Shown here: in pieces, positions 54,276-63,211 of the stretch
Position numbering within the stretch: position 1 is the first letter of the stretch
Layout: each line of letters begins with the position of its first letter
Assembly (NCBI GenBank): GCA_964512765.1
Contig: CAZEKF010000005.1
Coordinates: 6,414 to 70,413 of the forward strand
DNA length: 64,000 nucleotides
Direction: 5' to 3'
Source: an uncultured Methanosarcinales archaeon
Lineage (GTDB): Archaea > Nanobdellota > Nanobdellia > Woesearchaeales > GW2011-AR15
The notes under the pieces: generated by a model
What the model was told of the DNA's origin: nothing
Seen by the model: only the letters and a program-made list of their open reading frames with translations
The model's database searches: none
Program-made: the position numbers and the translations under genes

Positions 54276-55277
54276 ATGTTCTTTCTCATCAAAATAATGA
54301 CAGATTTAATCGATAAAGCATCTCAGGTTTATAGTGAGAATTTTCAACCAGTAACATGGTTTGAACGTGCAATTTTTATTAGTTGGTTTTGTGCAAAACC
54401 TACTTGTAAATTCTGTTACATGTATACTATCAAGGACCAGATTAAAAAACCTAGAAAAGCAAGGCGTAGATTAGAATCAATATATGCTGAAGCATTGATA
54501 TGTAAGATATGCAACTGGGAAATTGGGTTCATTAGTGCAGGCATTGCATCATGGTCTACTAAAGAGCTTAAACCTGCTTTAGAAGGTGTGTTTAAAATTA
54601 CTGGAAAAAAACAATGGCTCAACCTTGGAGTTTTAAAAGAAAAACAAATTCAAGAATTATTGCCTTATATTGAAGGTGTAACTGGTACTGTTGAATGTGT
54701 TAATGATAAACTAAGAAATGACATTGTTCCTGATAAACCATTAGATGAAATTGAACAAATGTTTAACCTAGCTGACAAATATAACCTAAAAAAAGCAATC
54801 ACCATTATTATTGGATTAGGAGAAACAATTGATGATTTTTCTGGATTAGTTAATTTAGTTAATAAATGGAACATTGACAGAATAAATTATTATAGGTTAG
54901 TGCCACATGAAGGTGCTGATTTATTTCCAACAGGCCCATCAACTGAATATTACATTGAATGGATTGCTAAAACACGCATAGAATTTCCAAAGATACAAAT
55001 AGTAGCAGGCAGCTGGCCTGATAAAACCATTGAAATTCCTTTACTGTTAAAAGCTGGTGCAAATGCCATAACTAAGTTACCCGCTATTAAACTGTTTGGT
55101 AAAAAACCTGCTATTGAAATACAAAAAGGTGCTGAAAAAGCTGGTAGGAAGTTTATTAGCGAATTGATTAAGTATCCTAAAGTTGATGTTAATGGTGAAT
55201 TAAACAAACTAGACTTTGATGATGATATGAAAAATAGAATTAAAGATAAATACATGAAATATAATAGAAAATTCTGA
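54276..55277 (+). CDS. radical SAM-like protein with a CX4CX2C cluster motif
   Basis: FCAKPTCKFCYM followed by TIM-barrel-like segments. An alternative start is ATG 54297. Confidence 0.5.
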   Translation: MFFLIKIMTDLIDKASQVYSENFQPVTWFERAIFISWFCAKPTCKFCYMYTIKDQIKKPRKARRRLESIYAEALICKICNWEIGFISAGIASWSTKELKPALEGVFKITGKKQWLNLGVLKEKQIQELLPYIEGVTGTVECVNDKLRNDIVPDKPLDEIEQMFNLADKYNLKKAITIIIGLGETIDDFSGLVNLVNKWNIDRINYYRLVPHEGADLFPTGPSTEYYIEWIAKTRIEFPKIQIVAGSWPDKTIEIPLLLKAGANAITKLPAIKLFGKKPAIEIQKGAEKAGRKFISELIKYPKVDVNGELNKLDFDDDMKNRIKDKYMKYNRKF

Positions 55278-55320
55278 GAAATCACAATCTATTTAAGTTT
55301 TTTATAAATACCATAACAAA

Positions 55321-55734
55321 ATGTCATTAGGAACGTATCTAAACAATATGTTATACTCTACAGCAGAAAGATTACCTGATGTATCTATAGACCAAATTAG
55401 TGAAGTTGCTCAGCCATTGCATCTGCTTGCTAGGGATACTACGACTTTGAAAATGATTAAAATGCAGCAAAATTATCCACTAGCTAGTCATTTGTTTGAT
55501 GGACCTACTGAAGTTCCTTCTTCTGTCTCAGATTATATTTTTCCTGTTGCAATTTTGGCTATATTATTAGGTATTGCTGGATCTGTTTATTTAGCAAGTA
55601 GACTGAAAAATCCAAATCAACAACGACAACATTCACTTCTGGATGCTGCTAGCAACGAAATTAGTAATAAAAGATTACAAGATGAAATGGATGCTTCTAG
55701 ACAGTATACAGAGGAGAATTATAGAGTGTTTTAA
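55321..55734 (+). CDS. hypothetical single-pass membrane protein
   Basis: 137-aa ORF with one TM segment FPVAILAILLGIAGSVYLA. Confidence 0.35.
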   Translation: MSLGTYLNNMLYSTAERLPDVSIDQISEVAQPLHLLARDTTTLKMIKMQQNYPLASHLFDGPTEVPSSVSDYIFPVAILAILLGIAGSVYLASRLKNPNQQRQHSLLDAASNEISNKRLQDEMDASRQYTEENYRVF

Positions 55735-56327
55735 AGCCCAATATCAACCACAATAACTTTCTCTTTCAAATTTTCTAAACCTGTTTTAATATCATGAAAC
55801 GCATAAATAATATCTGCGTTCACAACTTTGTCTAATATTTCACTTGTATCTGGGTTTAATCCTGTAGGTATGTCAACTGCTAAGATTGTTTTATTAGATT
55901 GATTTATTAAATCTATGACTTCTGAAAACGGTTCTCGTATCTTGCCTTGAACACCTGTTCCTAACATTGCATCTACAATAATGTCTGATTCATTAATAAT
56001 AGAATAATCTTCTGCAAAAATATCTGAAAACTGATCTTTAAGTAAGTAATAATTATAACCAGACTCTTTCTTAAGTTTTTCTTCTTTTCCTAAAAACAAA
56101 ACATTAACATCATAATTGTTTTGTTTCAAGTATCTTGCTAAGACAAAACCGTCACCACCATTGTTACCTGAACCACAAACAATTAGAATTTTTTTATTAT
56201 TGAGATCATATTTCTTCTTAATCTCATTATACAAACCAGAGCCAGCACTTTCCATTAACTGTAACTTAGAAATTCCTTTCTGTTCAGATAAATCCTCGAG
56301 TTCACGCATTTCTTGTGTTGATATCAT
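55731..56327 (-). CDS. NAD(P)H-hydrate epimerase (YjeF N-terminal domain)
   Basis: ILIVCGSGNNGGDGFV and DAMLGTG motifs. Confidence 0.75.
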   Translation of the reverse strand: MISTQEMRELEDLSEQKGISKLQLMESAGSGLYNEIKKKYDLNNKKILIVCGSGNNGGDGFVLARYLKQNNYDVNVLFLGKEEKLKKESGYNYYLLKDQFSDIFAEDYSIINESDIIVDAMLGTGVQGKIREPFSEVIDLINQSNKTILAVDIPTGLNPDTSEILDKVVNADIIYAFHDIKTGLENLKEKVIVVDIGL

Positions 56328-56674
56328 TGTATTCCATAATCAAAATTATCATATTTACCAGTGTCAACAATAAAATCATCTTTTTTTTCTTGCTTATGCA
56401 CTGGTACTTTTTGTTGTTTGTTAATTTTAAATGATTTCATTTCTAAACCTTTTTTTAAGTTCATGTTACCACAGTTGACACAGTAAAAATAAGGACCATA
56501 TTTACCAATCCTAATATCAAGGTATGATCCACAAACGCATTTAATATCCTCTAATAACTTGTTTTTGTGATCATTACAAACATTTAATCCTTGTTTATTT
56601 TTAGCAATGGCTCTATTATCACAAAAAGGACATTTTTCCTCTTTATACTGACCATATTTTTTTGGTATGTACAT
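56324..56674 (-). CDS. zinc-finger protein (topoisomerase-type C4 finger-like)
   Basis: CPFC...C..H and CVCG...GKYGPYFYCVNC. Start taken at the internal ATG 56674. Confidence 0.4.
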   Translation of the reverse strand: MYIPKKYGQYKEEKCPFCDNRAIAKNKQGLNVCNDHKNKLLEDIKCVCGSYLDIRIGKYGPYFYCVNCGNMNLKKGLEMKSFKINKQQKVPVHKQEKKDDFIVDTGKYDNFDYGIQ

Positions 56675-56726
56675 ATACAGAATAACTTCAAGAAAGAATA
56701 TAAATAAGTTCCGATAATAAGTTAAT

Positions 56727-57320
56727 ATGAAGGTTAAGAAGAACAACTTCATATACAAATATCTAAGAAGTGTTAGTAAATTACTTAGTCAAATAACTAA
56801 AGATAAAAGAAAATTTCTTTTTACATCTGTCTCTCTCTTAATTGGTCTTCTTATATTAACTAAATTCAAAAGTATTTTTTTCACAATTATTTTGATAATG
56901 TTCGGAGCAGTGTCCATGATTTATATCAGATTTTTCAAATATTCCCATTATGTTGCATTTGAACTATGCACATTAGCAACTGTTTTGACAACTTTGGCTT
57001 ATGGTCCCCATGTAGGCATGTTCACAGGTTTCATGTCAATAACATTAGGTTTTGTTATTAGCGGATATTTCAAACCACAGTATTTTATTTCTGTGTTAGC
57101 TCTACCATTAATGGCATTAATAATTCCTTTTTTATCACATCTTGAATTATGGCAAATAGGCGTTATTGTAACTGTTATTTACGATCTAATCATTCTTCCC
57201 TTGTATGCATTGTTCGGAAGTAGAATTTTGTCAACAGTTGTGTTTTTTATAACACATATTTTACTTAATTATTGGGTTTTTACAACAGTTGCTCCAATTG
57301 TGTTTTCAATTATGTCTTAA
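56727..57320 (+). CDS. hypothetical polytopic membrane protein
   Basis: 197-aa hydrophobic ORF. Confidence 0.35.
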   Translation: MKVKKNNFIYKYLRSVSKLLSQITKDKRKFLFTSVSLLIGLLILTKFKSIFFTIILIMFGAVSMIYIRFFKYSHYVAFELCTLATVLTTLAYGPHVGMFTGFMSITLGFVISGYFKPQYFISVLALPLMALIIPFLSHLELWQIGVIVTVIYDLIILPLYALFGSRILSTVVFFITHILLNYWVFTTVAPIVFSIMS

Positions 57321-58117
57321 TATTGTTTATCTATTGTTAAAACAGCATCATAAACAATATTTGCTGTTAAAGATAATGTTTGTGGATCTATTAACTCGAT
57401 GGTATCTCTGACAGTGTCAGCAACATTCCATAGTTTAGTTATAGATAATATACTGTCTGCGTTACATCTTGTTGACCAATCTCGTGAGAATTTAGCTCTT
57501 CTATATTCTTTCATAAGAGCAAAATCCTCATTGTCTAATGCTATTAAAGTTAAAGAAGTTATTCCATTAAACGATACATGATCAGACCCTCTACTTTGCA
57601 GATAGGGAAGTCTCAGTGTTCTTAAACCGTAATCTTCTGCACTGTTTTCAATAGCAAGTTCTAAACAATGTTCAGATTCAAGAAACACAGGCCATAACAT
57701 GTAATTTGCCCCAAATCCAACAAGATCAAGGTTATAAACACCTATTATGTCTTCTCTTTTCAAATGACGCATGTACTCTCTCGAACCTAATAAACTTGGT
57801 TCTTCAGCATCAAAAAAACAAAATTCAACACCTATATTTTTCAGTTGTGTACTCTGAAATCTTCTAACAAGTTCACAAAGTACTGCTACGCCTGATGCAT
57901 TATCAACAGCGTTATTTCCTCCGTTATCCAAAGCGTCATAATGTGCATCTATTAAAATATAGGGAATTTTAGTAGTAGGGACAATAATATTCTGATTTTT
58001 AAAGAAATTTTGATGATTTTGATTTGCTCCTAACTGGACCAGGATATCTTTTATTATTGGCCTACGATCTACTGTTGATTTTCCTGATAATAATTCCACT
58101 ATTTCAAAAGGTGTCAT
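57317..58117 (-). CDS. M28-family metallopeptidase
   Basis: DAHYDA, NNAVDNASGVAVLCEL and FFDAEEPSLLGS metal-ligand motifs. Confidence 0.6.
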   Translation of the reverse strand: MTPFEIVELLSGKSTVDRRPIIKDILVQLGANQNHQNFFKNQNIIVPTTKIPYILIDAHYDALDNGGNNAVDNASGVAVLCELVRRFQSTQLKNIGVEFCFFDAEEPSLLGSREYMRHLKREDIIGVYNLDLVGFGANYMLWPVFLESEHCLELAIENSAEDYGLRTLRLPYLQSRGSDHVSFNGITSLTLIALDNEDFALMKEYRRAKFSRDWSTRCNADSILSITKLWNVADTVRDTIELIDPQTLSLTANIVYDAVLTIDKQY

Positions 58118-58161
58118 TTAGAGTAAGAAAAAATAATTAATTTAAAAAGAAATGGAATACC

Positions 58162-60663
58162 TTATTTGTTCATCTCTTCTAAAACCTTAATCACAAACTC
58201 AACATGTTCATTAAACTCAATACCGAACTTTTCTATCCCATAGTTTATCTCTTCTCTGCTAACTTTTGCTGCAAATTTCATGTCTTTGAACTTTTTCTTG
58301 AATGATTTAACTTTCATTCCTTTGAATCCGTCTGGTCTCATTAATGAATATGCGTACATTATACCTGTTAACTCATCAACAGCTAACAATCCAAAAGCTA
58401 GTTTAGTCTGTGGTTTAACACCTGTTTCTAAGTAGCAATGTGCTTCAACTGCATGCACCAACTCATCAGGATATTTCTTTTTCTTAAACCATTCAATTTC
58501 TTTAAACGGATGTTCATTTGGATGTTCTTGATAATCAAGATCATGCAACAGTCCAGTAACATACCATAACTGTTTATTCTCTTTTAACTTTTCAGCGTAT
58601 TTTTCCATGACATAAGCAACTGTCTTAGCGTGTTCTACCTGGTACTTGTCCTTAACATGTTTTTTCAATAATGCCATTGCTTCTTTTCTAGAAGGTAATC
58701 CTGATAAATCCTTAGAAATTTTCTTTTTAGGAGTACTAACAGCTTTTGCACTTGAATCATACAATTCAAACTTCTCAGTTATTTTATCAACAACTGATTT
58801 TTTACCAAACACTAAAACACCTAAATATTCTATATCTTTTTGTTTTTTAGATTTTGTCCAATCAACAACTTTTGTATCATCTGTTGTTTCAATCATCTCT
58901 CTGGTAAATTCACTAACTTGTAATCCTTTATTTTTCGCAGTTTTTATTAAATTAAAAACCTCTTCTTTAGACTTTGCAGTTTTAATCATGATTGCGTGCT
59001 GGATGTTAAGTTTAATGTTTTTATCATCTTTTGTGGTTATTTCATCTTGCAAAAATAGACTCTTACCTATCCTTGCAGCAAACGCAGCATTAAGATGCGC
59101 AACAGTGTTCATTTCTTCCCATAGTTTAAGTTTCAACCCTTTGTTAATAACGGCAACAGCAATTTTAGATTCTTTTGATTTAACAGCTTCTGGAATGTCC
59201 AATGGTTTCATAATAGGGAACAAAATAATGTCCCGGATAGATTCCTGGCCAGTCATTAGCATTATCATTCTATCAACGCCAACACCGTTACCGCTGTTAG
59301 GCGGAAGACCATATTCTAATGATTCAACAAAGTCCATGTCCAAGGGATGGGCTTCATCGTCACCAGCTTTCATTTGCTCAGCTTGTTCCTGGAAATTTTT
59401 CAACTGTAAAACAGGATCGTTTATTTCAGTGTATAAGTTTCCAACTTCCCATGTATTTACAAAAGATTCAGCTCGCTCAGCATATCTGTTATCATACCTA
59501 CACGGTTTTGCTAAAGGACATATCTCAACAGGATGGTCAATAATATGCACTGGCTGGATTAACTTTTCTTCGCACAATTCTTCAAACAATAATGAGATAG
59601 CTAATCCTTTTGAATACTTACCTTGAATCTCAATGTCGTGTTTTTTTAGTAATTTTTTAACTTCTTTATCATTCAATTTTTCAGCATCGATCTTTGCATA
59701 TTTTTTCAAAGCATCAACCATCCTTAATTTCGGCCATGGTGCTTTAACATCAATAGTTTTTTTGCCAAATTTTAATTTTGTAGTTCCTAACAATTTTTTA
59801 GCAACATATTCCCATAACTCTTCTGTTAACTTCATGTTATCATTGTAATCAGCGTACGCCCATTGTATTTCCATCATAGTAAACTCTGGGTTATGCGTTT
59901 TATCACTACCTTCATTTCTAAAACATGAGCTAAGGTCATAGATTTTTTCAAATCCACCAACAATTAATTTTTTCAAATAAATTTCATATGCAATACGCAA
60001 GTACATTTTCATGTCCCATGCATTAATCTTTGTAACAAACGGTCTTGCTAAACCACCACCATATAATGGCTGTAATATAGGAGTTTGTACTTCCATGAAT
60101 CCTTTATTATCAAGGAACTCTCGAATATATTTCATAATGTTTGATCTTTTAACAAACACATCTTTTGCTTCAGGGTTAACAACAAAGTCAACGTATCTTT
60201 TTCTATACCTTGATTCAATATCTTTCAACCCGTGATATTTTTCAGGAAATGGTCTTATTGACTTAGCCAGAAAAGTAAACTTTTTTACAAAAACACTTAT
60301 CTCACCAGTTTTAGTTGTGAAAACAATGCCTTTGACACCAACACAATCTCCAACATCTACTTTTTTAAAGATTTTATACTGATCTTTAACTTCGTCTTTT
60401 CTAATATGAACTTGAATTTTACCTGAACCGTCTTGTAAATGAAAAAACGCAACTTTACCCATGTTTCTTAACGAAACTACCCTCCCCGCTATTGAAACAT
60501 TATGTTTTGTGTATTTCTCAGGTTTTAACTTCTTATGTTTTTTAAGAATTTCTTGAGCAGAATTCTTTTGATCGTAGTTATACGGGTATATTTCAACACC
60601 CCAACTTTCTAATTCTTTGAGCTTATCCTTACGTTCTTTTACTAACCTATGTTCTGAGTCCAT
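58162..60663 (-). CDS. lysS: class II lysyl-tRNA synthetase fused to DUF2000-like and HD-domain modules
   Basis: LysRS occupies residues 1-~497 (OB anticodon-binding domain, FRNEGSDKTHNPEFTMME, GVGVDRMIMLMTG). Residues ~505-640 are DUF2000/PTH2-like (IAVAVINKGL...NTVAHL...YLGVLVFGKKSVVDKIT). Residues ~655-833 are an HD domain (HAKTVA...GLLHDLD...AVEAHC). Confidence 0.8.
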   Translation of the reverse strand: MDSEHRLVKERKDKLKELESWGVEIYPYNYDQKNSAQEILKKHKKLKPEKYTKHNVSIAGRVVSLRNMGKVAFFHLQDGSGKIQVHIRKDEVKDQYKIFKKVDVGDCVGVKGIVFTTKTGEISVFVKKFTFLAKSIRPFPEKYHGLKDIESRYRKRYVDFVVNPEAKDVFVKRSNIMKYIREFLDNKGFMEVQTPILQPLYGGGLARPFVTKINAWDMKMYLRIAYEIYLKKLIVGGFEKIYDLSSCFRNEGSDKTHNPEFTMMEIQWAYADYNDNMKLTEELWEYVAKKLLGTTKLKFGKKTIDVKAPWPKLRMVDALKKYAKIDAEKLNDKEVKKLLKKHDIEIQGKYSKGLAISLLFEELCEEKLIQPVHIIDHPVEICPLAKPCRYDNRYAERAESFVNTWEVGNLYTEINDPVLQLKNFQEQAEQMKAGDDEAHPLDMDFVESLEYGLPPNSGNGVGVDRMIMLMTGQESIRDIILFPIMKPLDIPEAVKSKESKIAVAVINKGLKLKLWEEMNTVAHLNAAFAARIGKSLFLQDEITTKDDKNIKLNIQHAIMIKTAKSKEEVFNLIKTAKNKGLQVSEFTREMIETTDDTKVVDWTKSKKQKDIEYLGVLVFGKKSVVDKITEKFELYDSSAKAVSTPKKKISKDLSGLPSRKEAMALLKKHVKDKYQVEHAKTVAYVMEKYAEKLKENKQLWYVTGLLHDLDYQEHPNEHPFKEIEWFKKKKYPDELVHAVEAHCYLETGVKPQTKLAFGLLAVDELTGIMYAYSLMRPDGFKGMKVKSFKKKFKDMKFAAKVSREEINYGIEKFGIEFNEHVEFVIKVLEEMNK

Positions 60664-60747
60664 TTAATGAGATAATTTACCTTTGTTTTTAAAACTTATG
60701 ACTGTTGAACATAGGATTTATATAACATAACTATTTTTTCATTTGTT

Positions 60748-61128
60748 ATGGTTTACATTGCATTCAGTACAGGAGTTATTGCATTGGCATTTCTATTAAT
60801 TTTTGTTTATACTATTATTAACTGTCTACAATCTAATCTAAAAGATATTGAAAAATTGTTATGGATCATAATAATTATATTTTTGAACATATTTGGTGTA
60901 ATACTTTACTATGTATTTGCAAAGAAGATGGGTGAAAATATGAAAAAAAATGTTAAGAGATTATACAGAAGTAAAAAAAACAGAGTCATTGCTGGTGTTT
61001 GCGGTGGTTTAGGCGATTATTTTGATGTTGATCCTACACTAATTAGACTAATCTGGGTATTATTCATGTTTACTGGAGCAGGAATATTGGCTTATATAAT
61101 CGCATGGATTATCATGCCTGAGAAATAA
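60748..61128 (+). CDS. PspC-domain membrane protein with an N-terminal PLDc_N-like segment
   Basis: [33 protein letters not shown]. Confidence 0.65.
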   Translation: MVYIAFSTGVIALAFLLIFVYTIINCLQSNLKDIEKLLWIIIIIFLNIFGVILYYVFAKKMGENMKKNVKRLYRSKKNRVIAGVCGGLGDYFDVDPTLIRLIWVLFMFTGAGILAYIIAWIIMPEK

Positions 61129-61133
61129 AATTA

Positions 61134-61553
61134 TTTTCCTTGTCCTGGAAGAAGTTCTGCAATCTTGTCATTGACTTTCTTAGTAGAGTAATCTTTTGTG
61201 AATAAATCTGTGTCATATGATGTGTTCAAAATCCCTACAAGCTGAGCATCTGAATAAGATGCTGGAACTCTTTGGTGTTTTTTCTTTGGACTACCTTTGC
61301 TCCAGTTAGATTTTTGTCTTAATAAATTACCTCTGTGATAATGTATACCTGTTCATGTTTCATCGCTCGAGGAAACATAACAAACAGCTTGAGCTGCCAT
61401 TAGTTCTTCTAATAGTACTTGTCTTGTTTCTTGGTCTCGTATGTTAACATAGTCTTTGCTCAATAAAAAAACAGGTGTGTCAAATAACTTTCCAACTATA
61501 ACATCAATCCAATTCTGTACTGGTTTTTCTAATGCAATAAACTCAAGTGACAT
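61134..61553 (-). CDS. hypothetical 140-codon reading frame interrupted by one in-frame TGA (61353-61355)
   Basis: The track ORF 61353-61553 ends ...YVSSSDET-TGA. The same frame continues TGIHYHRGNLLRQKSNWSKGSPKKKHQRV...AELLPGQGK-TAA for 73 codons, verified codon by codon. It lies 53 nt downstream of the Cas4-like gene on the same strand. Confidence 0.35.
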
Positions 61554-61606
61554 GCCAGAGAAAAATATATTTCTATTTATAAGTTTTACTATTATTAAGT
61601 AGTAAT

Positions 61607-62308
61607 TTAGTAATCGAGCAACGTAGATTTCTTTATTTTTTCTTTACTTTCAGTTAAATCTGGTTTAGTATTAAGGTATTTACAGTATTCACATTTCTGA
61701 TTTAATTTAGGTATAGGTCCTTCTATTATTTTGATTGCTTTATCAATTATATCTTCAGCTATCTTAATATTTGTATCAATTTTAACCAGATCAGCATGGA
61801 ACAAGAAAACATTATCAACAACTTTGTCAGGATGGTAGAACAATAAATACGAATAATCTTCTGTCTCATAATCATTTTTTCTTAACAAATAATTGTACAA
61901 TGCTTGTTGTTCAATATAATGTTCGTGCGTGTCTTCTTTCAAAGGATATCCTCTTGTTTTATAGTCAAGAACAACTAGTTTATCACCTTTTTTTAACAAT
62001 GCGTCAACACATCCCTTTATTATGAATTTATCAGTTTTATGTATTATCCCTTTGTACATTGAACGCCAGGTTTCTAATAATTCTAAATCAGGAAAAAGTT
62101 CGTATCCTTTTAGTTCTTTTAACTCTGGCGGCATTTCTTTTTTTTTTGTATATTCATCAAAATGATTTTTTAATATTTTATCCATACCGCTTGGCAATGA
62201 CGGAAATATCCCTCTCGGTCTCCTAAATTTTTTATTAAATTCAAGCCAGAAACATCTCGGACAATCTTTAACAAGATTAAGTTTTGACGGCGAAAATTTG
62301 TAAACCAT
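61607..62308 (-). CDS. Cas4-like PD-(D/E)XK nuclease with a Cys cluster
   Basis: N-terminal CPRC. DALLKKGDKLVVLDYKT (D...D/ExK). QQALYNY (QxxxY). C-terminal CEYC. Confidence 0.65.
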   Translation of the reverse strand: MVYKFSPSKLNLVKDCPRCFWLEFNKKFRRPRGIFPSLPSGMDKILKNHFDEYTKKKEMPPELKELKGYELFPDLELLETWRSMYKGIIHKTDKFIIKGCVDALLKKGDKLVVLDYKTRGYPLKEDTHEHYIEQQALYNYLLRKNDYETEDYSYLLFYHPDKVVDNVFLFHADLVKIDTNIKIAEDIIDKAIKIIEGPIPKLNQKCEYCKYLNTKPDLTESKEKIKKSTLLDY

Positions 62309-62330
62309 TATTTCACTGATTATTTTAAAA

Positions 62331-62377
62331 CTTATAAGCGTTACGTCAGAATGTCCAGTGGACTTTTTTGTCCAGTG
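62331..62377 (-). promoter_or_regulatory. CACTGGACA-box promoter module, locus 3 (upstream of the Cas4-like nuclease gene)
   Basis: The minus strand reads CACTGGACAAAAAAGTCCACTGGACATT (62377-62350). After a 14-nt gap comes CTTATAAG (62338-62331). The ATG at 62308 is about 25 nt further. Confidence 0.55.
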
Positions 62378-62464
62378 TAATCTTCAATGTTAAACATTAT
62401 GTTAATATACTACTTGATAAAGCTAACATATATTCTTAAATCATTATTATTTTAAATTTTAATC

Positions 62465-63211
62465 ATGCTGACAAACACGTTCTTGCACATCCCGTACGTG
62501 AGCGAGACAACAGAAAAAAAGTTATGGAAAAACAATATCAGGTCATGGGATGATTTTCTTTGCAATGGTTGCGATGTTAAAAATAATGAGCTTATCAATA
62601 AATATATTTTGTTATCTAAGGAAAGATATGAAAAAAAAGACCACGAATTTTTCTCAGGAAAATTAATGTCAAAATATCATTGGAGAGCTTACGATGATTT
62701 CAAAGATAATGTTTGTTTCTTAGACATTGAAACAACAGGCTTAAGCAAACATTACAATGACATAACAACAATTGGAATGTTTAATGGAAAAGAGTCAAAA
62801 GTGTTTATTAACGGCCAAAACTTAGATGAATTTAAAGATGAAATCAAAAAATATTCATACATTGTAACATTCAACGGTGCATTGTTTGACTTACCATTTA
62901 TCAAAGCTAAGTTTCCTGATGCAGAATTTAACCATTTCCATGCTGATTTAAGGTTTATGTTGAAACGGTTAGGTTACACAGGCGGACTAAAAAAAATTGA
63001 AAAAACATTAGGTATAGAAAGAGAATCTGATTTGTCTGAACTAACAGGTAGAGATGCAGTTAAGTTATGGCACAGGTATAAAAGACACAATGATAAAAAA
63101 GCACTGGATAAACTAGTCAGGTATAATATTGAAGATATTGAAAATTTAAAAATATTAATGGAAATGTCGTATAAAAAATTAAAACAAAAAGAATTTAGTA
63201 ATTCTTACTAA
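62465..63211 (+). CDS. RNase H-fold DEDD 3'-5' exonuclease-like protein (YprB-type)
   Basis: CFLDIETTGL, TFNGALFDLPF and H..DL motifs. Confidence 0.6.
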   Translation: MLTNTFLHIPYVSETTEKKLWKNNIRSWDDFLCNGCDVKNNELINKYILLSKERYEKKDHEFFSGKLMSKYHWRAYDDFKDNVCFLDIETTGLSKHYNDITTIGMFNGKESKVFINGQNLDEFKDEIKKYSYIVTFNGALFDLPFIKAKFPDAEFNHFHADLRFMLKRLGYTGGLKKIEKTLGIERESDLSELTGRDAVKLWHRYKRHNDKKALDKLVRYNIEDIENLKILMEMSYKKLKQKEFSNSY

